Source of the DNA: Candidatus Dormiibacterota bacterium
GTDB lineage: Bacteria; Chloroflexota; Dormibacteria; Aeolococcales; Bog-877
Direction: 5' to 3'
Length of the DNA: 33,489 bases
Assembly (NCBI GenBank): GCA_030038765.1
Contig: JASHRA010000022.1
Span: forward strand, 1-33,489
Shown here: piece after piece, positions 1-7,586 of the stretch
Layout of the letters: every line of letters begins with the position of its first letter
How positions within the stretch are numbered: position 1 is the first letter of the stretch
The notes under the pieces: generated by a model
Told to the model about the DNA's origin: nothing
The model's database searches: none
Seen by the model: only the letters and a program-made list of their open reading frames with translations
Position numbers and translations under genes: made by a program

Positions 1-303
1 GTAGACGGCCTCGCCGCGCCCCGAGCTGCGCGCGCTGAGGCCCCAGGCCACCGGCAGCACCAGGGCGCTGAGGGCGCCGTACATGACGTGGAGGAGGAGG
101 TTGGAGGGGCGGTGCCCCTCGCTCAGCAGGAGCAGGCCGAGCACGTCCTGGACCAGCACCAGGCCCCAGCAGAGGATGAGGAAGACGCGCACGCCGCCCG
201 AGGGGTGGCCCAGGCGGCGCAGGTCGAGGAAGCACCAGGCGGCACCCACAAGCCCCAGCGCGATGAGGGCCAGGGCCAGGCGGTCGTGGACGCTGAAGAT
301 CAA
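1..303 (-). CDS. Polytopic membrane protein, N-terminal part (gene continues past the left edge); family not recognised
   Basis: The minus-strand frame is open from the window edge up to TTG at 301-303. It translates as (L)IFSVHDRLALALIALGLVGAAWCFLDLRRLGHPSGGVRVFLILCWGLVLVQDVLGLLLLSEGH..., i.e. consecutive hydrophobic helices. Third codon positions are almost all G/C. It is absent from the ORF track because it is edge-truncated. No clear SD. Confidence 0.4.
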   Translation of the reverse strand, partial: MIFSVHDRLALALIALGLVGAAWCFLDLRRLGHPSGGVRVFLILCWGLVLVQDVLGLLLLSEGHRPSNLLLHVMYGALSALVLPVAWGLSARSSGRGEAVY

Positions 304-330
304 GCCGGGCCCGGCCGGGCCTGCTTCAGC

Positions 331-690
331 TCAGCCGCAGCAGGGCTTGGCCGCGCCCGCCCCGTCCCCGGCGTCGAAGGAGGAGCCGCAGGAGCAGGTC
401 CTCACCGCGTTGGGGTTGTGGACGGTGAAGCCCCCACCCATCAGGCTGTCCACGTAGTCGATCTCGGCGCCCTCGAGGTAGGTGGCGCTGTAGGGGTCCA
501 CGAAGACCTTGACCCCGCTGTGCTCGACCACCTCGTCGTCGTCGGCAGGCTCGTCATCGAAGCCCATGCCGTAGCTGAAGCCGGAGCAGCCGCCGGGGCT
601 GACGTAGACGCGGAGTCCCATGGTGGGCTGGTCCTGCTCCTTCAGCAGGGTCTTGAGCTGGGTTATGGCTTGCTCGGAGAGCGTGATCAT
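331..690 (-). CDS. HesB/IscA-family (A-type) iron-sulfur cluster carrier
   Basis: Track ORF 331..741; the likely start is ATG 688-690 (MITLSEQAITQLK...). The conserved Cys triad is present (GGCSGF ... CSCGSSF). There is an extra 14-aa tail, DAGDGAGAAKPCCG. Confidence 0.85.
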   Translation of the reverse strand: MITLSEQAITQLKTLLKEQDQPTMGLRVYVSPGGCSGFSYGMGFDDEPADDDEVVEHSGVKVFVDPYSATYLEGAEIDYVDSLMGGGFTVHNPNAVRTCSCGSSFDAGDGAGAAKPCCG

Positions 691-933
691 GGGCGAACTT
701 GCTTCCTCAGGCTTCCGGATCGGGAGATCGCTGCCCTCCATCCTATCCCATCCGCTCCCGGCCGGCCCCTAGGGGAGCGCCCCCGACCGCTCCCGGGTCT
801 CGCCCCGCAGGGCGCCCCGGCGCCGTCTGCTGGGGCTATCGTGGTCGCCAGCACGACGTCAGGGCGCCGGGCGCCCTCCCCGCCCCCACGGACGAGGCCC
901 AGGAGGCCCGGCGGGCAGGAAAGGAGGTGACCC

Positions 934-1584
934 ATGCCCGGCTTTCGCCTCGGCATCTACGTCTTCAAGGACGCGGAGATCGTCGACTTCGCCGCTCCCT
1001 ACGGGGTCTTCTCGGTGGCCCGGCGCGTCGACCCCGAGCTGGACGCCTTCCTGATCGCCGACGCCCAGCGCCCGGTCCAGGCCCAGGCTGGCTTCACCGT
1101 CCTGCCCAACTACAGCTTCGAGGACCGCCCGGCCCTGGACGCCTTCCTCATCCCGGGCGGCTTCGGCACCCGCCAGGAGGTGTACAACCGCCGCCTCCAC
1201 GAGTACATCCGCTCCCTGCCCGAGTCGACGCTGCTGACCAGCGTCTGCACCGGCTCCTGGGTCTACGGCCGGATGGGGTTGCTGGACGGGCTCCCAGCCA
1301 CCAACCGCAAGGAGCCGGACCGGGTCGAGGCCGGTCCCTCGGGCAAGGTGCCGATCGACCGCCTGGCGGAGATCGCCCCCGCCTGCCGGGTGAGTCGGGC
1401 CCGGGTTGTGGACGCCGGCCGCATCGTCACCGCGGGCGGCATCTCCTCGGGCATGGAGATGGGCTTCCACCTGCTGCGCCGGGCCGGCTACGACGAGTCC
1501 CTGGTGGCGGAGGTGGCGCGGGTCATGGAGTACAGCCGCGCCTACGAGGCCTACCGCGAGGACCTGGAGGTGGCGGCCTCCTAG
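934..1584 (+). CDS. DJ-1/PfpI family protein (class-I glutamine-amidotransferase-like fold)
   Basis: 216-aa ORF preceded by a strong SD (GGAAAGGAGGTGAccc-ATG). It has a nucleophile-elbow-like SVCTGS and a GGISSG motif typical of the family. Confidence 0.85.
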   Translation: MPGFRLGIYVFKDAEIVDFAAPYGVFSVARRVDPELDAFLIADAQRPVQAQAGFTVLPNYSFEDRPALDAFLIPGGFGTRQEVYNRRLHEYIRSLPESTLLTSVCTGSWVYGRMGLLDGLPATNRKEPDRVEAGPSGKVPIDRLAEIAPACRVSRARVVDAGRIVTAGGISSGMEMGFHLLRRAGYDESLVAEVARVMEYSRAYEAYREDLEVAAS

Positions 1585-2372
1585 ACCTTGTGGTGGCGGG
1601 GCGACCAGCTGCCGTCCTCGGCCCGCTCGAAGTCCTGGAAGACCTCGGGCGCCTCGGCCACCATGACCTGGGCCACACGGTCGAAGACGAGCCGCATCTC
1701 CTCCTCGGCGCTGGCCTCGGTCCGCATCTCCACCACGTGGCGCAGCGTGCGCAGGTTCATGGTCATGATGAGGTCGGTGCTGAGGCCCATCGGGGCCAGG
1801 CGCCGGAGCGCCGACGTGACCTCCTTCTTGACGTGGAAGGGCAGGCCCTCGGCGTCGATGCCCAGCTCCCGGGCCGCCGAGACTTGGAACTCCTCCAGCC
1901 GCTCGACCAGCTCCACGCACTGCCGCCGCAGCGGCTCCAGCGAGGGCGGGATACGGAAGCCGACGTCGACTAGGCGCACGTAGCGCAGGCTCTCCTGGCT
2001 GTAGGCGGCGCCGGCCCGGTGGCGCACGATCTCGTGGGTCGCGACCCGGCTCACGTCGCGGAGGGCGAAGGTGTAGTTGGCGTGCTCCAGGACGCTGCCG
2101 TGGCGGCTGCTGAGGATGTTCTCCAGGTAGACGCGAGGGTCGCTGCGGACCCGGCGCACGTTGGGGTTGAGCCCCGGTTCCCAGCTGCGGTAGCAGGCCC
2201 GCCCGCAGAACTCCACCAGCAGCTCGCCCGGGTTGGGCTGGCCCCCGGTCTCGGCGAGCCGGCGCTCCAGCCAGGAGGCGCCGCCCACCTGCTCCAGGTA
2301 GGCGCGCATGGCGGGGAGGTCGAGCGCCGGGCGGGCGACGAGGAAGACCTGGGGGCTGGTCTCACGCACCAT
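1581..2372 (-). CDS. thyX: FAD-dependent thymidylate synthase ThyX
   Basis: 263 aa with the ThyX signature RHRAGAAYSQESLRY (RHR...S.RY). SD GGAGGGG lies 5 nt upstream of the ATG. Confidence 0.9.
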   Translation of the reverse strand: MVRETSPQVFLVARPALDLPAMRAYLEQVGGASWLERRLAETGGQPNPGELLVEFCGRACYRSWEPGLNPNVRRVRSDPRVYLENILSSRHGSVLEHANYTFALRDVSRVATHEIVRHRAGAAYSQESLRYVRLVDVGFRIPPSLEPLRRQCVELVERLEEFQVSAARELGIDAEGLPFHVKKEVTSALRRLAPMGLSTDLIMTMNLRTLRHVVEMRTEASAEEEMRLVFDRVAQVMVAEAPEVFQDFERAEDGSWSPRHHKV

Positions 2373-2413
2373 GGCCGCCCCTCCGCCGCCCCGGGGCCGA
2401 GCCCGGCTCCCGG

Positions 2414-3178
2414 CTAGCCCAGCGCCTCCAGCATCGCCGCCACGTCGGCGCGGATGCAGGTGAAGCTGGGGACATCGCGGGCAGTGTAGGAGGAGGCCTC
2501 GGTGTCACGGAGGGCCTGGACGCAGTCCAGGAAGTCGGCCGCGGAGTCGGTCTCGAAGGCGACCACGAACTCCTGGTCGTCGAGGCCGAAGGAGTAGGTG
2601 GTGTTGATCTTGACGCTGGGGAAGAGGCGCCCGATGCGGATGTGCTCCGCCATCATGCGCTGCCGCTCCGCGGCCGGCAGCGCCCACCAGGCCCGGGTCT
2701 TGACGAAGGGGTAGACGAATAGCAGGCGGCGGCTGCCCGGGGCCAGCACCAGGCGGTCCCGGCCACCCCCGGCGTTGGGGTGCTCGGCGTCGACGTAGAC
2801 GGAGCGCTTGGTCATCGAGGTGTAGCTGTGGGAGCAGACCAGGTAGCCGGCGAGGGCGGTGGCGTTGAGGGCGGAGAAGAGCCCCTGCAGCCGCTCCGCG
2901 TCCTCGCTGACGGCCCAGAGCATGAAGTCGGCGTCGCCCCTGGTTCCGACCAGGGTGTAGGTGCGCAGCAGCATCCCCCCCGCCTGCTGCCCCAGCACGC
3001 CGGCCAGCTCCTGGCGCTGCCGGGCCCGCTCGGCGGGCTCCAGCCTCCGCCACTCGGGCGCGACACGATAGAACGCGAAGCGTACCAACTGACGGGGCCC
3101 GGGCCGGGTCGCGTCGCGGACCCGGACCGGGCCCACCTCGTGGCCCTCCAGGGGTCGGGTGACGGCGCTCTGGGTCAT
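2414..3178 (-). CDS. hemQ: Chlorite-dismutase-family coproheme decarboxylase (HemQ/ChdC)
   Basis: 254 aa with the typical HemQ layout (FAFYRV...PEWRRL..., FVYPFVKTRAWWALP, TTYSFGLDDQEFVVAFE). SD GGAGGA lies upstream. Confidence 0.85.
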   Translation of the reverse strand: MTQSAVTRPLEGHEVGPVRVRDATRPGPRQLVRFAFYRVAPEWRRLEPAERARQRQELAGVLGQQAGGMLLRTYTLVGTRGDADFMLWAVSEDAERLQGLFSALNATALAGYLVCSHSYTSMTKRSVYVDAEHPNAGGGRDRLVLAPGSRRLLFVYPFVKTRAWWALPAAERQRMMAEHIRIGRLFPSVKINTTYSFGLDDQEFVVAFETDSAADFLDCVQALRDTEASSYTARDVPSFTCIRADVAAMLEALG

Positions 3179-3196
3179 GGTCGCTGGCTCCTCCGC

Positions 3197-3385
3197 TCAG
3201 CTGATGCCGGGGCTGGACACGGGGACGGTGTGGCCGCAGGCGAGGCAGACGTAGACCCGGCCCCTCCGGGTCACCTCGCGTCCGTCCTGGAGCCGCACCC
3301 GCTGGTCCCCACCCTCGACCAGACGCCAGCCCGCGCCGCGCTGCCGGCAATGATCGCACGTGTCCGGAGGCGGGTCGTAGCGCAC
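3197..3385 (-). CDS. Small 4-Cys zinc-ribbon protein (62 aa), function unknown
   Basis: GTG start one nt after the M20 stop. Two CxxC pairs are present (CDHC ... CLAC). Third positions are strongly G/C. It is wedged between the M20 gene and hemQ on the same strand. Confidence 0.55.
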   Translation of the reverse strand: MRYDPPPDTCDHCRQRGAGWRLVEGGDQRVRLQDGREVTRRGRVYVCLACGHTVPVSSPGIS

Positions 3386-3386
3386 C

Positions 3387-4580
3387 TCAGCCGGGCCCGG
3401 CGGTGAGGAAGTCCAGGGCCGACCGGGTCATGACCTGGGCCCCCAGGGGCAGGCAGGCCTCGTCGATGTCGAAGTCGGGATGGTGGTGGGGCGCGCTGAT
3501 GCCGCGGGGCGGGTCGCCGGCCCCGAGCATGAAGTAGCAGCCGGGCGCCCGGCGCAGGAAGAGCCCCACGTCGTCGCCGATGGGGAGCGGGTCGGGCTCG
3601 AACACGTCCGCGCCCGGCACCGTTGCCGCCGCCCGCCGCACCAGCTCCGCCATGGCAGGGTCGCAGACCACCGGCGGGCAGCCGGGCCCCTCGATCTGGC
3701 GGACGCTGGCGCCGAAGGCGGAGGCGATGCCGGCGCCGACCTCGCCGATGCGGCGCAGCAGCCGGCCCCGGTCCTCCTCCGTGAAGGCCCGCACCGTGCC
3801 CCGCAGCAGCACCGTCTCCGGGATCACGTTGAAGGCCTGGCCGGCGCTCACCTGCCCCACCGTCACCACCGCCGACTCCAGGGGCGAGGTCTCGCGCGAG
3901 ACCAGGGTCTGGAGTCCCAGCACCACCAGGCTGGCGATGGGCACGGGGTCCAGCGCCTGGTGGGGCAGGGCCCCGTGCCCGCCCCGGCCCCGGACCTCCA
4001 GGCCGAACTCGTCCGCCGAGGCGCAGAAGGTCCCGGCCCGCACCCCGACCCGGCCCACCGGCTGGCCGCTCCAGAGGTGGAGGCCGATGACGCCCTCGAT
4101 CGGGGGCGACTCCATGACCCCGGCCTCGATCATGGGCGCGGCCCCGCCGGCCACCTCCTCGGCGGGCTGGAAGACGAGGCGGGCCAGGCCCGGGAACTCG
4201 GCCCGCCGCTCCCGGAGCAGCTCGGCGGTGGCCAGGGCGATGGCCACGTGGCCGTCGTGGCCGCAGGCGTGCATCACCCCCTCCGAGAGGGAGCGGTAGG
4301 GGCGCTCGGGGTCCCGCTCCTGGATCGGCAGGGCATCGATGTCGGCGCGCACCAGGAGGGCCCGCCCGGGGCCGCCCCCGCCCCGGATGTCGGCGCAGAC
4401 GGCGGTCTCCCCCAGCAGCAGGCGCGGCTCCAGGCCGAGGTCCCGGAGACGGCTCGCGATGTAGGCCGCGGTCTCCCGCTCCCGCCCCGCCAGCTCCGGG
4501 TGCCGGTGCAGCTGGCGGCGGTCGGCCACCATCTGCGGCGCCAGCGCCCGGGCCGCCCGCTCCAGCTCCTCCGGGCTCAC
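3387..4580 (-). CDS. M20D-family amidohydrolase (N-acyl-amino-acid amidohydrolase / hippurate hydrolase-like)
   Basis: 397 aa with MHACGHDGH and the typical M20D pattern (LHRHPEL..., FQPAEE, GGHGALPH). The GTG start overlaps the upstream stop (GTGA). Confidence 0.9.
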   Translation of the reverse strand: MSPEELERAARALAPQMVADRRQLHRHPELAGRERETAAYIASRLRDLGLEPRLLLGETAVCADIRGGGGPGRALLVRADIDALPIQERDPERPYRSLSEGVMHACGHDGHVAIALATAELLRERRAEFPGLARLVFQPAEEVAGGAAPMIEAGVMESPPIEGVIGLHLWSGQPVGRVGVRAGTFCASADEFGLEVRGRGGHGALPHQALDPVPIASLVVLGLQTLVSRETSPLESAVVTVGQVSAGQAFNVIPETVLLRGTVRAFTEEDRGRLLRRIGEVGAGIASAFGASVRQIEGPGCPPVVCDPAMAELVRRAAATVPGADVFEPDPLPIGDDVGLFLRRAPGCYFMLGAGDPPRGISAPHHHPDFDIDEACLPLGAQVMTRSALDFLTAGPG

Positions 4581-4966
4581 CCCGCCGCCTCCCCCTCGGG
4601 ACCCGGGGCGTGCGCGCGCAGCCAGCTCTGGAGGGCGGCCGGCAGGTGGCTGTTGGCGACGCAGCGGGAGACGCCGAGGCGGCGGGTGGCGGCGGAGAGC
4701 TGTTCCATCTCGGTGTGGGGGCCGAAGCAGATCACGTCGGTGCCTCTGGGCGGGGCTCCCAGCCGCTCCAGCCAGAGCAGCCGCCGGAGCGACCAGCGGT
4801 TGAGGTCGACGAGCAGGAGGTCGAAGTCGCCGCTGGGCTCGTCGGCGGCCTCCAGGCGGGCCCCCTGGGGGGCCGCGCGCAGGCCCAGCTCGACCCGGCT
4901 CCGGACCAGGAGGTCGGAGCTGGCCAGGCCGACCCGGAGTGGCGCCGGCGCCTCAGTCGAACTCAA
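4577..4966 (-). CDS. Stand-alone CheY-like (receiver-like) domain protein, probably degenerate
   Basis: 129 aa from TTG 4964-4966. The beta-alpha pattern LRVGLASSD...DLLLVDLN...VICFGPH resembles a receiver, but the N-terminal acidic pair is replaced by SSD. It overlaps both neighbours (14 nt and 4 nt). Confidence 0.5.
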   Translation of the reverse strand: MSSTEAPAPLRVGLASSDLLVRSRVELGLRAAPQGARLEAADEPSGDFDLLLVDLNRWSLRRLLWLERLGAPPRGTDVICFGPHTEMEQLSAATRRLGVSRCVANSHLPAALQSWLRAHAPGPEGEAAG

Positions 4967-5633
4967 CCTGATCTCCCTCCTGAAGCCGACCCCCGTGCTC
5001 GACGCCGCAGTAGACCCCGACCACCTGATCGTGGCGCTGCACCAGGTGCCGGAGCAACCCGGGCCAGCTCGCCCAGGTGTCCGGGTCCCGGGTCGTGATG
5101 GAGCAGCGGGGACAGGGCTTGAGTCCGCGCAGCGTCACCTCGCCGCAGCGGACGCTGCGTCCCACCAGGCTCCCTTCCTGGTGGGACTCCAGGCCGCCGC
5201 CCTCGAGGTAGAGGTTGGCCCGGAAGCGGCGGCCGTCCACGGCCGACCCCAGCTCCTCCGAGAGCGCCTCCAGGGTGGAGCGGTACAGGACCAGGACGGG
5301 AGCGTCGTCGAAGGCGCCCTGGGGCATCGGCCTCAGCTCCAGCCGGCGGCGGCAGACCGCCTCCAGCTGGCGGCGCAGCTCGGCCGCGTCCCAGGGGAGC
5401 GGCTCCGCCGCCGGTCCCTCGACCAGCACCGTGCCCGCCTCCTGACGGGCCCGGAAGCGGAGCAGGCCGGGCACGTCCCGGGCGCTGAGGCGCTTCGGGC
5501 TGGGGCGGGGCGCCAGCTCGAAGACGGCTAGCCGCCGGTCGTCGCGCAGGCCCGTGTCGTCCACCTCCGCCGCCCCCACGCGCTCACCGGCCATGGACTT
5601 GACGGGGTAGCGCCAGACCTCGGCCACCTGCAT
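4953..5633 (-). CDS. MOSC domain protein (MOSC N-terminal beta-barrel + MOSC)
   Basis: Track ORF 4953..5642; ATG 5631-5633 gives MQVAEVWRYPVKSMAGE, a typical MOSC_N start. The conserved Cys region is CPRCSITT. Confidence 0.8.
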   Translation of the reverse strand: MQVAEVWRYPVKSMAGERVGAAEVDDTGLRDDRRLAVFELAPRPSPKRLSARDVPGLLRFRARQEAGTVLVEGPAAEPLPWDAAELRRQLEAVCRRRLELRPMPQGAFDDAPVLVLYRSTLEALSEELGSAVDGRRFRANLYLEGGGLESHQEGSLVGRSVRCGEVTLRGLKPCPRCSITTRDPDTWASWPGLLRHLVQRHDQVVGVYCGVEHGGRLQEGDQVEFD

Positions 5634-5641
5634 CCGGGACA

Positions 5642-5647
5642 AGGCTA
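5642..5647 (-). promoter_or_regulatory. Candidate -10 box (TAGCCT on the minus strand) for a leaderless MOSC-operon transcript
   Basis: A TAnnnT-type hexamer lies 8 nt upstream of ATG 5633, and no SD sits between them. Confidence 0.3.
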
Positions 5648-5674
5648 GCGGAAGGGGCGTCTCCGGGCCCGGGC

Positions 5675-5680
5675 TACAAT
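5675..5680 (+). promoter_or_regulatory. Candidate -10 box TACAAT for a leaderless iscA-like transcript
   Basis: TACAAT is followed by 6 nt (cccgcc) and then GTG 5687, with no SD. The spacing places the transcription start at or next to the start codon. Confidence 0.4.
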
Positions 5681-5686
5681 CCCGCC

Positions 5687-6085
5687 GTGCAGCAAGGTCT
5701 CCTGGCCACCCGCGACGCGATCGAGGAGATCCGCTCCTGGCGGCTGCGCGAGCAGCGCCCGGCGGCGGTCTTCCGCGTCGACGTCCGCCTCGGCGGCTGC
5801 CGCGGCTTCAAGCTCTTCTTCGAGCTCGAGGACGGGGCCCAGTCGGACGACGTGGTGGCCGACTTCGAGGGCGTCCGCGTGGTGGTCCAGGAGGACGGCA
5901 TGCCGCTCATCGCCGGCTCCGTCCTCGACTTCGAGGACAGCTACCGCGGCCGGGGCTTCCGGCTGGCCAACCCCAACGCCCGCAACGCCTGCGGCTGCGG
6001 CACCTCGTTCATGGCCGACTACCCCGGCGCCGCTCCCGCCTCGGTGGACGGCGGCGAGGGGCGGATCGTGGCCAGCGCCGACTAG
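5687..6085 (+). CDS. HesB/IscA-family iron-sulfur cluster carrier (second paralog)
   Basis: 132 aa with a GTG start. The Cys triad is present (GGCRGF ... CGCGTSF). A ~25-aa C-terminal extension follows. Confidence 0.8.
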   Translation: MQQGLLATRDAIEEIRSWRLREQRPAAVFRVDVRLGGCRGFKLFFELEDGAQSDDVVADFEGVRVVVQEDGMPLIAGSVLDFEDSYRGRGFRLANPNARNACGCGTSFMADYPGAAPASVDGGEGRIVASAD

Positions 6086-6330
6086 GCCAAGCCCGAGGGA
6101 ACCGCCGGCCGGGAGCCTCCGCGGCGCCGCAGCGAGCGCCAGAGGGCCGAGATCCGCTCCCGGCTCTCGCGCCCCGGTCGAGGGGCCAGCAGCAGGCCCA
6201 GCAGCACCCCCACCAGGAGGCCGCGGCGCAGTCCCCGCAGGTAGCGGTGAGTGGGGATCACCAGCTCCTCGTGGACGGCGTCGGCGAAGGCCTGGATGCG
6301 CTCCGCCGGGGTCGCGATCTGGTCAGCCAT
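6082..6330 (-). CDS. YtxH-like small membrane-associated protein
   Basis: 82 aa with the YtxH-type motif GVLLGLLLAPRPGRESRERI. Its ATG overlaps the upstream stop (TGATG). Confidence 0.6.
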   Translation of the reverse strand: MADQIATPAERIQAFADAVHEELVIPTHRYLRGLRRGLLVGVLLGLLLAPRPGRESRERISALWRSLRRRGGSRPAVPSGLA

Positions 6331-6674
6331 CAGTTGTCGAAGCCGACTCCGCCCGCGGGCCCCTGCGCCGCCGCCGACGGGGCCGGGTGCTCGCCCCTCC
6401 CCACCAGCTCGACGAAGCGGTCGCCGGCGCCCTGGGCCACCGGCTGGACCGCGCGGCTGACGCCGCCGGCGGCCTGGCCGGCCCGCTGCAGCAGCGGCTG
6501 GGCGCTGCGCCAGCCCTGCTGGAGCTGCCCCGAGATCCGACGGGAGGCCTCAGCTCCCCGCCGCGCCGAGGACGCGATCCGGCCCCGGGTCCTCTCCCCG
6601 GGCTGGGGCGCCAAGAGCATCCCGATCGCCAGTCCCAGGACCACCCCGTCCCTGAAGCCTCGCGCGTAGGCCAT
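6330..6674 (-). CDS. YtxH-like protein
   Basis: 114 aa with the motif GLAIGMLLAPQPGERTRGRI. SD GGGGAGG lies 8 nt upstream of the ATG. Confidence 0.6.
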   Translation of the reverse strand: MAYARGFRDGVVLGLAIGMLLAPQPGERTRGRIASSARRGAEASRRISGQLQQGWRSAQPLLQRAGQAAGGVSRAVQPVAQGAGDRFVELVGRGEHPAPSAAAQGPAGGVGFDN

Positions 6675-6719
6675 CGCCAGCGCCTCCCCTGCCGTTGCCG
6701 TCTCGGCTAATCAAACCAC

Positions 6720-6738
6720 GCCCCGGCCGGATCGGGGC
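6720..6738 (-). terminator. Intrinsic-terminator-like hairpin after the csp operon
   Basis: On the minus strand: GCCCCG-atccggc-CGGGGC followed by GTGGTTTGATT. It lies 39 nt downstream of the stop at 6777. Confidence 0.4.
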
Positions 6739-6776
6739 ACCGGGAACGCGCCCCCGACGCGGCCCGCCCGCGGCGG

Positions 6777-7202
6777 CTAGGGGATGGGCCGGCGGCGGTC
6801 GTCCGTCTCCACGACGCCGGTGCCGTGGGCGCAGACGCGGTCGGCCCAGCCCAGGTAGTTCTGCACGATGCGGACTGCGGAGGGCACCATCGAGCGGCGG
6901 CGCGCCTCCGCCGTGTCGGCGTGCACCGAGAGCGCCTCGTGCACGGCCACCACGTGGCGGCAGAACTCCTCGTGGGCGATGCGGGGCTCGCTCAGCGGGC
7001 TCCAGAGCTCGGCCGGGAACCCCAGCGAGCGCATCGCCCGCTGGGCATCCCTCACGTCGAAGAGGCAGGTCTTGCGGCGACCGTCGTGCAGGAACCCGCA
7101 CTGCCAGGGGTCGTAGAGGGAGTTCCTCGCCGCCGGCAGGTCCGGGTGGAGCCTACGGAAGGGGCGCTGGACCGGCGGCTTGCCGACGGCCTGCGCCACC
7201 AT
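6777..7202 (-). CDS. Hypothetical 141-aa Cys/His-containing protein, translationally coupled to csp
   Basis: Track ORF 6777..7205. ATG 7200-7202 overlaps the csp stop (TGATG); a GTG at 7205 is an alternative start. G/C third positions are very strong. No family recognised. Confidence 0.6.
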   Translation of the reverse strand: MVAQAVGKPPVQRPFRRLHPDLPAARNSLYDPWQCGFLHDGRRKTCLFDVRDAQRAMRSLGFPAELWSPLSEPRIAHEEFCRHVVAVHEALSVHADTAEARRRSMVPSAVRIVQNYLGWADRVCAHGTGVVETDDRRRPIP

Positions 7203-7399
7203 CACGCGACGCGGACGCGGCCCGCCCGGGGACCCCTGGTGCTGGGCTCGATCTCGAACTCAACCTGGGATCCCCTGGTAAGCGACTCGAAGGCTCCGCC
7301 CTCGACGCTGGACCGGTGGAAGAAGTACTCCACCCCGTCCTCGGCCGCCAAGAAGCCGAAGCCACGCTCGTTGATGGACTTGATGGTTCCGATCGGCAT
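7202..7399 (-). CDS. Cold-shock domain protein (CspA family)
   Basis: 65 aa with GTIKSINERGFGFL (RNP1-like) and YFFHRS (RNP2-like). SD GGGGAGA lies 7 nt upstream. Confidence 0.85.
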   Translation of the reverse strand: MPIGTIKSINERGFGFLAAEDGVEYFFHRSSVEGGAFESLTRGSQVEFEIEPSTRGPRAGRVRVA

Positions 7400-7415
7400 C
7401 TAGATGTCTCCCCTG

Positions 7416-7472
7416 CCGCTACCCGGCACTCCTCGCGAGCCTTATCGATCGGCCGGCTAGCGAGGGTAGCGG
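7416..7472 (-). promoter_or_regulatory. Structured element in the csp 5' leader
   Basis: Perfect 9-bp complementary arms (plus strand CCGCTACCC 7416-7424 and GGGTAGCGG 7464-7472). They enclose several short palindromes (CTCGCGAG, ATCGAT, GGCCGG). Confidence 0.4.
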
Positions 7473-7512
7473 CGGCGAACGGCCCTCCACGACAGGTGAA
7501 GGACAGCTCCAG

Positions 7513-7521
7513 ATTATCACA
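7513..7521 (-). promoter_or_regulatory. Candidate extended -10 promoter (TGtGATAAT) for csp
   Basis: The minus strand reads TGTGATAAT about 110 nt upstream of the csp ATG, which would give the long leader typical of csp genes. No convincing -35. Confidence 0.4.
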
Positions 7522-7586
7522 GGCGGCCGGCCCGACCTAGGCCGGGGGGCCGCTGCCGCCCGGCTCAGCTGGGCTCGGGCCCTGGC

